Shown piece after piece: positions 30,783 to 40,637 of a DNA stretch of 64,000 bases; positions within the stretch are counted from its first letter, which is position 1, and every line of letters begins with the position of its first letter. Origin of the DNA: Patescibacteria group bacterium. Its GTDB lineage: Bacteria > Patescibacteriota > Minisyncoccia > Moranbacterales > JAKLHP01. The notes below the pieces were generated by a model that was not told the DNA's origin, did not search any database, and was given only the letters and a program-made list of their open reading frames with translations. The position numbers and the translations under genes are program-made. Location of the stretch: positions 3,092 through 67,091 of the forward strand of contig JAZDKA010000009.1 of the NCBI GenBank assembly GCA_043803385.1, given 5' to 3'.

Positions 30783-32205
30783 AAAAAATAATAAAAAGGG
30801 TTCGGCTTTAGCTTATGCCCTGGTTATCATAGCTATCGTTATGATCATTTTGGTGTCTATGCTGGGATATGTCGTTTCCCAATTAAAATTCAGCTTTAAC
30901 CGAGCGGAAAGGGAAAAGGCTTTTCAAATAGCTGAAGCCGGAGCCTACTATTACCGCTGGTATTTGGCCTATGAAACTTCCGGAAAAACACCCCTGGACC
31001 TTGAAAATTTTTGGCAGGGCGGAACAGCCCTGGGAACATCAGTTCCTTATCCGGAAATAGATTATGGAGGAATAGGCAAATATAAGCTTGAAGTTACTGC
31101 CCCGCAGCCAGGATCAACGATTGTGATTGTAAAGTCAACCGGATGGACATACAAAGAACCGAATACGAAAAGAATTGTACAGGTGAGATTTCGAAGGCCT
31201 TCCTGGAGTGAATATGTAATGCTGAGTGAAAGCTTTATTAACGTGGGAAGCCAAGCTGAAATCTACGGGAAAATGCATTCAAACACGGGAATACGCTTTG
31301 ACGGTAAAGCATATAACGTGATAAGCTCGCTTCCTTATTCTTTTGATGATCCTTCTCATGGAAGCCATAGTTTGGAATTCGGGGTCCATACCCATGATAC
31401 TCCAACTGATCCCTTAGCTCCAGATTATCCATGGCCGGAAGGTACTGTTCCGGATCGTGCCGATGTCTTTACAGCCGGAAGGGAATTTCCAGTTCCGGAA
31501 GTGAGCTTTAGCGGTGTTTCTTCTAGTTTTACCACCATGGAAAGCGCAGCCAATGGCGGTCATGGGCAATATTTTGATTCAACTGGATTCGGGAGAAGGA
31601 TTATCCTTAAAACTAACGGAACTTTTGACATTTGTACGGTGAATTCTTATCAAAGCGGCTCTTTTGCTATCAGTTCGCATAATGGGTACAAAAAAAGCAG
31701 CGGAAGCGGGACATGTGATACCTGCAGCGGGCAGTGTTTAAGCAATTATTCCATTCCCGATAACGGAGTAATCTATGTGAATGATAATATTTGGGTGGAG
31801 GGAACTATAAATGATAAAAGAGTGACTATAGCGGCAGGCGGAAGCCAATCCGATATTTATATCGGAATGAACAATATCCGTTATACAAATTACGATGGAA
31901 GCGACATAATAGGATTGGCAGCTAGGCGTGATATAACTGTTATCAAAGATTGTCCCGATAATTTTATTGTTGACGCGGCTTTAATTGCCCAATCGGGACA
32001 GGTGGGAATATGCCAGAATTTTACTAGCAAGAACTCAATTACCCTTAACGGAGCTTTAGCATCATTCCTCCAGCCTTTTATGGTTCATGGATCAAGCGGT
32101 TTTGGTGAAAGAACATATAATTTTGATAATAATCTTTTGTATTTTCCTCCCCCGTATTTTCCAACAGGCACAGAGTATTCCATAGATTTGTGGGAAGAGT
32201 TATAA
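30757..32205 (+). CDS. PilX-like minor pilin
   Basis: KKG|SALAYALV, AFQIAEAG motif; start uncertain. Confidence 0.8.
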   Translation: MTKLEVKVKKNNKKGSALAYALVIIAIVMIILVSMLGYVVSQLKFSFNRAEREKAFQIAEAGAYYYRWYLAYETSGKTPLDLENFWQGGTALGTSVPYPEIDYGGIGKYKLEVTAPQPGSTIVIVKSTGWTYKEPNTKRIVQVRFRRPSWSEYVMLSESFINVGSQAEIYGKMHSNTGIRFDGKAYNVISSLPYSFDDPSHGSHSLEFGVHTHDTPTDPLAPDYPWPEGTVPDRADVFTAGREFPVPEVSFSGVSSSFTTMESAANGGHGQYFDSTGFGRRIILKTNGTFDICTVNSYQSGSFAISSHNGYKKSSGSGTCDTCSGQCLSNYSIPDNGVIYVNDNIWVEGTINDKRVTIAAGGSQSDIYIGMNNIRYTNYDGSDIIGLAARRDITVIKDCPDNFIVDAALIAQSGQVGICQNFTSKNSITLNGALASFLQPFMVHGSSGFGERTYNFDNNLLYFPPPYFPTGTEYSIDLWEEL

Positions 32206-32211
32206 TATAAT

Positions 32212-32304
32212 TGTTTCATATAACACATAGCATAAAACACGGAACATTTTAATTTAAAAATTATAAAAATTAAATGTTATTATGTTCCATGCTTTATGTT
32301 TCAT
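32212..32304. repeat. Inverted pair of heptamer arrays (..AACA / TGTT..)
   Basis: TATAACA CATAGCA TAAAACA CGGAACA ... TGTTCCA TGCTTTA TGTTTCA. Confidence 0.8.
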
Positions 32305-32309
32305 GATTT

Positions 32310-33386
32310 GTGGGTTTTTACGATAAGAAAATTTTTAGCATATCCCGCGGAGCTTTCGGATTGGATCTTAGCGATCTTTCTGTTAAAGTTGTCCAAATGA
32401 AAGAAAATAATGGCGACAAAAAAGTTGTGAGTTTTGGATCAGCAGATATTTCTCAAGGAAGCATTATTGATGGAGAAATAATAAAGCAGGAAAATGTTGT
32501 TATGGCCATTAAAAAAGCGATAAAAGGAGCAGGTCCTAATAAAATAAAAACAAGAAAAGTGATTTGTTCTCTTCCGGAAACTAAAGCTTTTCTTCGAATT
32601 ATCAATTTGCCAGAAATGCGGGAAGATGAAATGCAGGAAGCTATAAAATGGGAAATTGAAGCCAATATCCCGATGTCGGCCGACCAGGTGTACTATGACT
32701 GGCAAATTATTGATAAAAATTTAATCAAAGAAAAAGGAAAGGAGAGCATATTGGTAGTGGCTTTTTCCAAAAAAGTTATTGGCCAATTTTTAGAAACTCT
32801 GGAGCTTTCTGGGCTGGAAGTGGTTGGGATGGAAATAGAATCAATCGCCCAAGCAAGAAGCTTGCTCCAGGAAAATGACGAAAGAACATCATTAGTAGTC
32901 GATTTAGGAGATAGAAGAACAAGCCTTTTAGTTATCATCGCCAATATTCCTTGTTTTACCTCCAGTATTCCTGTTTCAGGCAGCGGGATGACGGATGCTA
33001 TTTCAAAAATGCTTAATAGCAGCTTTGATGAGGCGGAAAAAACAAAGCTGGCTTATGGGATAGGGTCCATTTCACAGCAAGATGCCATTTTCAGGTCAGT
33101 CAAGCCCATTCTCGATGGATTAGCAACGGAAATAGAAAGAACTATAGATTTTTATCTTAGCAATCTTAATTACTCTTTGTCCGTAGACAGGATAATTATG
33201 TGCGGAGGGGGATCTAATATGCAAGGAATACTGCCGTATCTTTCCAAAAGGCTTAATCGAGAAATAGAGCTGGGAAATCCGTGGATTAATTTTTTATCTC
33301 TGAAAAAAATTCCAATAATAGACAGGAGAAAATCTGTCCAATATTCGACCGCCATAGGCTTGGCGATAAAAGGGCTGTATTTGTAA
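32310..33386 (+). CDS. pilM: Type IV pilus assembly protein PilM
   Basis: FGLDLSD.SVKVV, VVDLG, MCGGGS, AIGLA; actin-like fold. Confidence 0.92.
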   Translation: MGFYDKKIFSISRGAFGLDLSDLSVKVVQMKENNGDKKVVSFGSADISQGSIIDGEIIKQENVVMAIKKAIKGAGPNKIKTRKVICSLPETKAFLRIINLPEMREDEMQEAIKWEIEANIPMSADQVYYDWQIIDKNLIKEKGKESILVVAFSKKVIGQFLETLELSGLEVVGMEIESIAQARSLLQENDERTSLVVDLGDRRTSLLVIIANIPCFTSSIPVSGSGMTDAISKMLNSSFDEAEKTKLAYGIGSISQQDAIFRSVKPILDGLATEIERTIDFYLSNLNYSLSVDRIIMCGGGSNMQGILPYLSKRLNREIELGNPWINFLSLKKIPIIDRRKSVQYSTAIGLAIKGLYL

Positions 33387-33390
33387 AAAA

Positions 33391-33948
33391 ATGATAATAT
33401 ATCTTGATCTTCTTCCTCCCGAGAAAAAGGAGGAATTAAAAAAGAAAAAAGCATTTTTAAAAATCATAAGAAATGAGTTTCTTTTTTCTATTCCTATAGC
33501 TTCCTTATTTTTGATTCTTATTACGGCAAGCTTCTCCTTAAATATTAAAAGCCAGAGTGCCAATGAAAATTTAAGTTCTGGCAATTCGCAGAAAGAATAT
33601 CAAGAGCTGGCAGCCTACGAGGAAAAATTCAACGAGGCTAATTCTAAAATTGCATATATTTCCAAATTGCAAAAAAATCATTTAAATTGGCTGGAAGCAT
33701 TCGATAAAATAAACAACATTGTTCCGGAGAATGTTTATCTTACGGATTTGTCAACTAGCAACTACGTATTTTCGCTGGCCGGAAAAGCGAAAACAAGAGA
33801 TGGCTTTCTTAGGCTTCAGGAAAATATAAAATCGGAAAGCTGTTTTTCTGAAGTCAAAGCGCCTCTTTCCAGCTTGGCTTCCAAAGAAGATGTAGTGTTT
33901 CGAATAGATTTTAGCGTGAAAGAAGAATGCTTAAAAATAAACAAATGA
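33391..33948 (+). CDS. pilN: PilN-domain protein
   Basis: LDLLPPE N-terminus, TM, VPENVYLT; follows pilM. Confidence 0.8.
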   Translation: MIIYLDLLPPEKKEELKKKKAFLKIIRNEFLFSIPIASLFLILITASFSLNIKSQSANENLSSGNSQKEYQELAAYEEKFNEANSKIAYISKLQKNHLNWLEAFDKINNIVPENVYLTDLSTSNYVFSLAGKAKTRDGFLRLQENIKSESCFSEVKAPLSSLASKEDVVFRIDFSVKEECLKINK

Positions 33949-34607
33949 AAGAATTTTTGAAAAAAAACAGAATCCCTCTTTCGATAATATCCTATCTGGC
34001 TATCTTGGGCGTCCTTTATTTTTTTTCCGCCAGGCCGATGGTTTCCAGCATAGAGAAAAAAAATAATGAAATTCAAGAAAGAATAGCGAACCAAGAAATA
34101 AGAAAAGAAAAAATAACAGAACTGCCATCAATAAGAAAACAATCCGAAATGCTGGGAAATCAGGAAGAAAAGCTAAAAATTCTCCTTAGCGAAAACAATA
34201 CGGTGAATTTGATAGAAAAAATAGAAAAAATAGCAGATGAAACGGGAAATAAAATAAAAATAGAGCTTCCCGAAAAGCAAGAAGATACAAAGAAAGCATC
34301 GAAACCGAAAAAAACAGGCGAAAAAGAAACCAAACCAATATCAGAAAATCTTCCTAGTGATAAATATACAAAGATAAACATAACGTTGTCTGGAAAATAT
34401 CAAAATTTTATTAGTTTCATGAAAAAAATAGAAAATACGGAATATTACTGCGATGCAATATCATTTAAAGTTTCAATCGATAATAGCGGATCTTCCAAGG
34501 GCAATCCCTTCCAAGATAATTTATCCAGTAGCGATGGCAGCATCACCCAGGATAAAGATAATATATCCTCTAAAATAGAAGCTGTTTTTTATCTAAATAA
34601 CAATTAA
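33945..34607 (+). CDS. PilO-like protein
   Basis: TM + coiled coil, LSGKYQNFISFMKKIE; follows pilN. Confidence 0.75.
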   Translation: MKEFLKKNRIPLSIISYLAILGVLYFFSARPMVSSIEKKNNEIQERIANQEIRKEKITELPSIRKQSEMLGNQEEKLKILLSENNTVNLIEKIEKIADETGNKIKIELPEKQEDTKKASKPKKTGEKETKPISENLPSDKYTKINITLSGKYQNFISFMKKIENTEYYCDAISFKVSIDNSGSSKGNPFQDNLSSSDGSITQDKDNISSKIEAVFYLNNN

Positions 34608-34609
34608 AT

Positions 34610-34981
34610 ATGGATTTTTCAAAATTTAAAAATAATTATCTCGATCCCAAAAAGATCATGGGCGTATGCTCTGCTTTTTGGAACAATCACTCAAAACTCA
34701 TCTTTGCTATTTTTTCATTTGCGATAATATTCCTAGGCACTTTTTTCTGGTATCGAATCATTTACAAGTCAGATTGGAGCAGTGAAGAAAAAGAGCAATA
34801 TAAAAATTCGCAAAATAAAGAAGTTCAACTGAAAGATAAAGAATTAAAGTTGATAATAGAAGAAATAGATAGAAAAAAGAGCGTGTATGGCGAACCTGCT
34901 AAAGAATACAAAAACATTTTTGCTCCTTATATCGGAAAGAACGATTTAGAGGTCGGTATAAATAATAATGTTAATCCATAG
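34610..34981 (+). CDS. Hypothetical membrane protein, last gene of pilus cluster
   Basis: One TM; operonic position. Confidence 0.7.
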   Translation: MDFSKFKNNYLDPKKIMGVCSAFWNNHSKLIFAIFSFAIIFLGTFFWYRIIYKSDWSSEEKEQYKNSQNKEVQLKDKELKLIIEEIDRKKSVYGEPAKEYKNIFAPYIGKNDLEVGINNNVNP

Positions 34982-35043
34982 ATTTTAAATAATCTGATGC
35001 TATAACTGATCCGATAGTTCTAAAATAAGCCAACAGTATATTT

Positions 35044-35082
35044 TAAAAACCTCGTAATTTAGTACGAGGTTTTTAAAAATTT
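35044..35082. terminator. Terminator-like hairpin, copy 1 of a 39-bp repeat
   Basis: TAAAAACCTCG-N10-CGAGGTTTTTAAAAATTT; same arms at 38784. Confidence 0.75.
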
Positions 35083-35160
35083 GGCGTGAAAATGGGCTAA
35101 AATCCTTTACTTTCGAGCCAATTGGCGGTAAAATAAAGGCAGATTAAGCTTTCAAAAAAT

Positions 35161-35694
35161 ATGGATGATAAATACGAACATTATTATGATGCCATGGATT
35201 CTCTAAATGCAGGCAATGTTTCAAGGGCGAAGAAATTATTAAAAAAAGCATTGCAATTGGATGTTGAATTCATAGACGGATATAACGGGCTGGCGGCAGC
35301 TTATGAAGATGAAAAAAATAAGAAAAAAGCTCGAGAATCCGCTGACACGGCTTTTAAGCTGACAAGAGAAAAATTTTTAAAATGGCCAAAAGAAATGCAC
35401 TGGGGCGAATTGGATAATCGGCCATATCTGCGAGCGATTTGCAATAAAGCAATTTATTTTCACGAAGAAGGAAAAACAGATGAGGCTGAAAAATTATATC
35501 GCCTTCTGCTTAAACTGAATCCTGGTGACAATCAGGGAGTGCGCTATCTATTAGCGGCGTTATTTGCAGGTAAACATCCCAAAATCACCGATAAGCTAAT
35601 GGAAAAAGGAAACAGATTGCAAGACTGGAGCGAAATTGAAAAGCTCTTGGAAAATCAAAATAAAAAGCATAAATTTTGGTCGGAAGAAGCGTAA
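35161..35694 (+). CDS. TPR-like protein
   Basis: NRPYLRA...LLKLNPGDNQGVRY motif; helical. Confidence 0.75.
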   Translation: MDDKYEHYYDAMDSLNAGNVSRAKKLLKKALQLDVEFIDGYNGLAAAYEDEKNKKKARESADTAFKLTREKFLKWPKEMHWGELDNRPYLRAICNKAIYFHEEGKTDEAEKLYRLLLKLNPGDNQGVRYLLAALFAGKHPKITDKLMEKGNRLQDWSEIEKLLENQNKKHKFWSEEA

Positions 35695-35719
35695 TTTTAG
35701 ATAGTAGACAATGTAAAAA

Positions 35720-35773
35720 GTTATCCACAGAGCAAAGTATTGCAATAATTCATATTAGTGATACAATATCACT
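35720..35773 (+). promoter_or_regulatory. DnaA box + promoter with palindromic operator (copy 2)
   Basis: TTATCCACA 35721; TTGCAA 35740; AGTGATA-CAA-TATCACT 35757-73. Confidence 0.8.
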
Positions 35774-35798
35774 GTAATTAAAAATGCATCATAAGCTT

Positions 35799-36005
35799 AT
35801 GGCTCAATTCACAGAAAAACAAATTAAAAGACAAGATTTTGTGGATAATGAGATTTTTGAGTTGATTCAACAGCTTGTGCCATCCGCAAAAATTAAATGG
35901 GATATTGAGATGATAGGAAATGTTCGGGACTCAATACAGACACAGCTTGCTGATAAGCAAAAATTAATGAGCGAAACGATATTTTATCCATATCTAAAAA
36001 TATGA
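35799..36005 (+). CDS. Small hypothetical protein leading the R-M operon
   Basis: 68-aa ORF directly after the promoter module. Confidence 0.6.
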   Translation: MAQFTEKQIKRQDFVDNEIFELIQQLVPSAKIKWDIEMIGNVRDSIQTQLADKQKLMSETIFYPYLKI

Positions 36006-36072
36006 AATTTGAAGTTAGAGAATAGTAAAAGTCCTTGATGTGTCGGTTGATAATTCGATGAAATAAATATTT

Positions 36073-36939
36073 ATGATAGTTAGCACTATAGAAAAATTGA
36101 ATTTATTCACTGTAAAGACAAAAGCTAAGGTAAAAGCCGATGTTATTTTAGGCGATTGCTTCAATGCCTTAAAAAATATGCTGGACAACTCCGTAGATCT
36201 CATTGTTACATCACCTCCGTATGCCGATCAGAGGAAAGACACTTATGGGGGGATTAGCCCCGACAAATATGTTAAGTGGTTTTTGCCAATAACAAAAGAG
36301 TTATTGCGTGTTCTACATCCGAAAGGAACATTCATTTTGAATATTAAAGAAAAAGTTGCAGATGGTGAACGTCATACCTATGTCATGGAGCTAATTATTG
36401 AAATGAGAAAACAGGGCTGGCATTGGACAGAAGAATTTATTTGGCACAAAAAAAATTGCTTTCCGGGCAAGTGGCCCAACCGTTTTCGTGATTCTTGGGA
36501 GCGACTTTTGCAATTCAACAAAACAAAAGATTTTAATATGTATCAAAACGAGGTAAGAGTGCCTATGGGTAATTGGGCAAAAACTCGTCTGAAAAATCTT
36601 AGCGAAACGGACAAACGAAGAGACAACTCAAGGGTGGGCAGCGGTTTCGGGAAAAACGTATCTAATTGGGTAGGTCGCGAATTGGCTTATCCTACGAATG
36701 TGCTTTCAATGGCTACGGAGAGCTCTAATAAAAAACACAGCGCAGTTTTTCCGAAAGAACTACCGAGCTGGTTTATTAAGCTTTTTACAAAACCCGGCGA
36801 TGTGGTTCTCGATCCATTTTTGGGCTCTGGTACGACTTCAGTTGCGGCATTTCAGCTTGATCGTAACTCTATAGGTATTGAAATACAAAAGGAGTATCAC
36901 GAACTTGCTGTCGAAAATATTAACGAACAAACAAAATAA
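36073..36939 (+). CDS. Site-specific DNA methyltransferase, beta class (probably m4C)
   Basis: DLIVTSPPY precedes VLDPFLGSGTT; HSAVFP. Confidence 0.93.
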   Translation: MIVSTIEKLNLFTVKTKAKVKADVILGDCFNALKNMLDNSVDLIVTSPPYADQRKDTYGGISPDKYVKWFLPITKELLRVLHPKGTFILNIKEKVADGERHTYVMELIIEMRKQGWHWTEEFIWHKKNCFPGKWPNRFRDSWERLLQFNKTKDFNMYQNEVRVPMGNWAKTRLKNLSETDKRRDNSRVGSGFGKNVSNWVGRELAYPTNVLSMATESSNKKHSAVFPKELPSWFIKLFTKPGDVVLDPFLGSGTTSVAAFQLDRNSIGIEIQKEYHELAVENINEQTK

Positions 36940-36940
36940 T

Positions 36941-37699
36941 ATGAAAAAACTAAACTACGGAAAACTTAATACATTTATTGCATCTGATGTAATAAAGCCA
37001 TTCTACGAGATAAGGCTTAATCGGCTTGAATCTGCAAGGCTGTCCGTTATTTCAAAACGAAAAAATCCCTACTTGTTCAAAGCAAAAAATATTGAAACTG
37101 CGGGCGATTTAGCGAAGAGCATTCTTGACGCGTTTTTATCCTCCCAAGAGGAAACGATTTTCGGAGATCTCATGGAAAATCTTGCTATTCATGTCTGCCA
37201 TGAGGTATTTAAGGGCAAGAAAGCTGAGGAAGGAAAATATCGCAGTGTTGATTTAATCTTTGATCGTGATAAGAAAACTTACATTGTTGGTATCAAATCT
37301 GGACCAAATTGGGGCAATTCTGATCAAGTGAATACAATGAAAAGAAATTTGAAAATTGCTAAAAAGTTTCTTCGTGCTGAACTCAAGAAAAGTAACGTCG
37401 TTTCTGTAAATGGATGTATTTACGGGCGAGACAATAATCCGCACAAAGTGAACAAAGACCCCGACCTTAGCTATTATAAAATCTGTGGGCAATCTTTTTG
37501 GGAACTGATCTCTAGTGATGACCAATTGTACAAGAAGATAATCCAACCACTCGATAAAGAGGCAAAGAAAAGGGACGATGTATTTAAGAAATTGTATGTA
37601 AAGAAAATTAACGAAATGACCAAGGATGTCGTTAATCTTTTCTACACAAAAGACTGTTTGGATTGGGATAAAATAATTGACTATGTCTCAAAAAAGTAA
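36941..37699 (+). CDS. Type II restriction endonuclease (EcoO109I/PmeII-like)
   Basis: KRKNPYLF, SSQEETIFG, D...IKSGPNWGNS motifs; adjacent to MTase. Confidence 0.82.
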   Translation: MKKLNYGKLNTFIASDVIKPFYEIRLNRLESARLSVISKRKNPYLFKAKNIETAGDLAKSILDAFLSSQEETIFGDLMENLAIHVCHEVFKGKKAEEGKYRSVDLIFDRDKKTYIVGIKSGPNWGNSDQVNTMKRNLKIAKKFLRAELKKSNVVSVNGCIYGRDNNPHKVNKDPDLSYYKICGQSFWELISSDDQLYKKIIQPLDKEAKKRDDVFKKLYVKKINEMTKDVVNLFYTKDCLDWDKIIDYVSKK

Positions 37700-37731
37700 C
37701 GGCAATTATTTTATAGTTAATTATTTTTTAA

Positions 37732-37803
37732 GTTTTGCGGATTTGGGAGTATGAAATTGAAAAAGATCCTGAAAAGGCGGTTCAAAAAATAGTTAAATTA
37801 TGA
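37732..37803 (+). pseudogene. 3' remnant of a Vsr-like endonuclease gene
   Basis: [23 protein letters not shown]; stop overlaps next ATG (ATGA). Confidence 0.7.
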
Positions 37804-38594
37804 ATCCAAAGAATAAAAAACTTTTAATCACTGGAACTGGAATTTTGATTTTGCTTTTGGGAATCGGAATTGGGCTTGGGCTGGGGAAAATATTTTCATT
37901 ATCGAAAAGCCAGAGCGCACAGAGTGAAAATAAAATCACAAAGGAAAAGGGTGGCGAAAATCAATCTTCGGTTGGCGAATTTAAGGTCAGCCGTGTTATT
38001 GACGGCGACACGATTGAAATTGAGGGCGGGGAGCGGGTGAGATATATCGGCATTGATACGCCCGAAACGGTTGATCCTCGAAAACCGGTCCAATGTTTTG
38101 GTGTAGAAGCGTCTAATAAAAATAAAGAACTAGTGGAAGGTAAAACTGTGCGTTTAGAAAAAGACACGACTGATCGAGATAAATATAATCGGCTGTTGCG
38201 CTATGTTTATGTTGGCGAGACTTTCATCAATTTGGAATTAGTGAAGCTTGGTTTTGCTTATTCCTATTCCTATCCGCCGGACATCAAGTATCAAGATCAA
38301 ATTGTGAAAGCCCAGCAAGAAGCGGAAAAATCCAAAAACGGACTTTGGAACGCTTGTCCTCTGGATGCGTCTAAATCCACTACTGTTTCCAAAGAGGATA
38401 TTCCCAAAAAAGATGCTTCCAATGATTGCGCTATTAAGGGCAATATCAGCACGAGCGGTGAAAAAATTTATCACCTTTCCGTCTGCGGTTCTTATGCTAA
38501 AACAACCATTGAAGAAATCCGCGGGGAACGCTGGTTCTGCTCAGAAGCCGAAGCCCAAGCCGCTGGCTGGCGAAAGGCTCTGAATTGTCAATAA
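37800..38594 (+). CDS. Thermonuclease (SNase) family protein with C-terminal Cys/His domain
   Basis: [26 protein letters not shown]; IKGNIS..GEKIYH...WFCSE.EA..AGWR. Confidence 0.92.
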   Translation: MNPKNKKLLITGTGILILLLGIGIGLGLGKIFSLSKSQSAQSENKITKEKGGENQSSVGEFKVSRVIDGDTIEIEGGERVRYIGIDTPETVDPRKPVQCFGVEASNKNKELVEGKTVRLEKDTTDRDKYNRLLRYVYVGETFINLELVKLGFAYSYSYPPDIKYQDQIVKAQQEAEKSKNGLWNACPLDASKSTTVSKEDIPKKDASNDCAIKGNISTSGEKIYHLSVCGSYAKTTIEEIRGERWFCSEAEAQAAGWRKALNCQ

Positions 38595-38783
38595 AGAATT
38601 TCAGCCCAAGGCTGATCCCCTCCAAAGGCAGGCAGGCACCTCTGGCGGAAATTACATATCTAATTACTTACGTAATAAATTTATAGCCAAACGTGTCATT
38701 TATCTACGGCCGTGGGAAGATGACACATTCTATAAATTAAAAATAACAAAAAATCATAATTTCCGATTGGAAAAAATAGCAAG

Positions 38784-38822
38784 TAAAAACCTCGCCTTCA
38801 AAAGCGAGGTTTTTAAAAATTT
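38784..38822. terminator. Terminator-like hairpin, copy 2 of 39-bp repeat
   Basis: TAAAAACCTCG-N10-CGAGGTTTTTAAAAATTT between convergent genes. Confidence 0.75.
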
Positions 38823-38854
38823 CTATATTGACAATATAAATTTAAAATACAAAA

Positions 38855-39604
38855 CTATTTAGCTATCCATCCGCCATCAACCACCAAAACCTCGCCATTA
38901 ACGAAATCCGATTCATCGGAGGCTAAATAAACAACGGCCATCGCAATATCTTCCGGTTCGCCAAGGCGGGGATAAGGAGTAGAACTTTCAAAAAATTGTT
39001 TTTGGGCTGGATCAGCAATCATATCTTTGGTCATCGCGGTTTTAATCACTCCCGGAGCGATGCAGTTGACATTAATTTTTTTCGGAGCATATTCTAAGGC
39101 CATTTCTTTGGTTAAAGCAATTATCCCGCCTTTTGAGGCGCAATAAGCGCCGCTTTGAGCAAATCCAACCAAACCGGCAATCGAAGCTATATTGACAATT
39201 TTACCTTTGCTTTGTTTAAGCATTTCGGGGATAACTTTTTTAGAAGCCAAAAAAACGCTTTTGAGGTTAACATTTAAAACCACATCCCAGTCTTCTTCCG
39301 GTGTTTCGTGAAGGGCGCCGAATTTAACAATACCGGCATTGTTGATTAAAATATCCACCCGGCCGAATTTGTCCAGGCAGGTTTTTACCATCTGTTCAAT
39401 ATCAGTTGCTTTGCTAACATCAGTTTTGACAAAAACAGCTTCTCCTCCTGCCTTTTTAATTTGTTCTACCGTTTTTTTTCCGCCCTCTTCTGACCAATCG
39501 GCTACTACAATTCTTGCTCCTTCCTTAATAAAAGCTAGAGCTATTCCCCGGCCAATGCCGGAACCGGCACCAGTAATAATGGCGATTTTGTTTTGTAAGC
39601 GCAT
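38855..39604 (-). CDS. SDR family oxidoreductase
   Basis: TGAGSGIG, NNAG, YCASK. Confidence 0.95.
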   Translation of the reverse strand: MRLQNKIAIITGAGSGIGRGIALAFIKEGARIVVADWSEEGGKKTVEQIKKAGGEAVFVKTDVSKATDIEQMVKTCLDKFGRVDILINNAGIVKFGALHETPEEDWDVVLNVNLKSVFLASKKVIPEMLKQSKGKIVNIASIAGLVGFAQSGAYCASKGGIIALTKEMALEYAPKKINVNCIAPGVIKTAMTKDMIADPAQKQFFESSTPYPRLGEPEDIAMAVVYLASDESDFVNGEVLVVDGGWIAK

Positions 39605-39742
39605 AAGTTTTTTTTAATGCTTAAACTTTACTATGAGTTAATCATAACTCATTACAGTAAATTTTTCAATAAATTTAAATTGGTTTTTTTATTCTGGTGC
39701 AGTATTCTTGAAAATGTATTTTACTAAGAATTCAGAGATAAA

Positions 39743-40192
39743 TCAAACAACAAAAAGAGTAGCGAAAACTAGAATTAAAAACACATCAAAAATAATTTCT
39801 TGCTTTGAATAGTATTTTACGAATCCTTTTATGACAAATTTTCGAAAAGGGAAAAATGGATAAAAATCCGCACCATCCAAAGCATCGAAAACTAAATGAA
39901 AAAAATAAGCTATGGAAAATACTAAACCAAGATTGAAGTTAATTGTTAAAAGTAAAATGGAGATTGCAACCCAACTAAAAATGCTGTGCAAAAAATTTCT
40001 TTGGTCGCCCCAAGGGTCTGCCTCATCTGAAATTGCCTTAAATAACTGGCAGGGCTTAAATAGAATATCGTGGCGAAAGTACGAAATCGTATGGTCTAGA
40101 TCCATTACTAGAGAACCGGCAAGTGCCGCAGGAAAATCTCCAGTTATTTTGCCAATTATTAGTCCAGCTAATACATGTGTAGGTAAGGTCAT
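39743..40192 (-). CDS. Membrane metal-dependent hydrolase (YdjM-like)
   Basis: THVLAG, DLDH, R.FLHS, HLVFD. Confidence 0.75.
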   Translation of the reverse strand: MTLPTHVLAGLIIGKITGDFPAALAGSLVMDLDHTISYFRHDILFKPCQLFKAISDEADPWGDQRNFLHSIFSWVAISILLLTINFNLGLVFSIAYFFHLVFDALDGADFYPFFPFRKFVIKGFVKYYSKQEIIFDVFLILVFATLFVV

Positions 40193-40230
40193 TTGGAATC
40201 ATCAGGAAAGGATTAAAAAAATTTCTTCCG

Positions 40231-40307
40231 TGGTGCGCCCTGAGGGATTCGAACCCCCGACCCTCACGTCCGAAGCGTGATGCTCTAATCCGCTGAGCTA
40301 AGGGCGC
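40231..40307 (-). tRNA. tRNA-Arg(UCG)
   Basis: Cloverleaf; TCACG-CT-TCG-GA-CGTGA anticodon arm; TTCGAAT; CCA encoded. Confidence 0.95.
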
Positions 40308-40321
40308 ATATTTTATCTATG

Positions 40322-40393
40322 GGTGGGTAGAGGGAATTGGACCCTCGTACCTGGTACCACAAACCAGTGTTCTACCATTGAACTATACCCACC
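40322..40393 (-). tRNA. tRNA-His(GUG)
   Basis: G-1 present; CTGGT-TT-GTG-GT-ACCAG; T-loop TCCAATT. Confidence 0.92.
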
Positions 40394-40410
40394 ATTATTT
40401 TTTTACTTTG

Positions 40411-40482
40411 TACGCCCAGGGGGAATCGGACCCTCATATCCAGCTTAGAAGGCTGGTGTTCTATCCATTGAACTATGGGCGC
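40411..40482 (-). tRNA. tRNA-Arg(UCU)
   Basis: CCAGC-CT-TCT-AA-GCTGG; T-loop TCCGATT. Confidence 0.92.
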
Positions 40483-40502
40483 ATAATCGTATCATTTTTC
40501 TG

Positions 40503-40575
40503 TGCGCTGTGAGGGATTCGAACCCACGACCGTTTGCTTAAGAGGCAACTGCTCTACCAACTGAGCTAACAGCGC
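40503..40575 (-). tRNA. tRNA-Lys(CUU)
   Basis: GCGCTGT/ACAGCGC acceptor; CT-CTT-AA loop; TTCGAAT. Confidence 0.94.
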
Positions 40576-40637
40576 ATTTAGTGAATAACAGAAAAAATAA
40601 TAACAAAACAAAACTCCTTAGTCAATTAAAACAAAAA

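Noticed and set aside
35100-40231. Integrase-type island at the tRNA-Arg 3' end
   Set aside because: No duplicated tRNA 3' end or integrase gene found by eye
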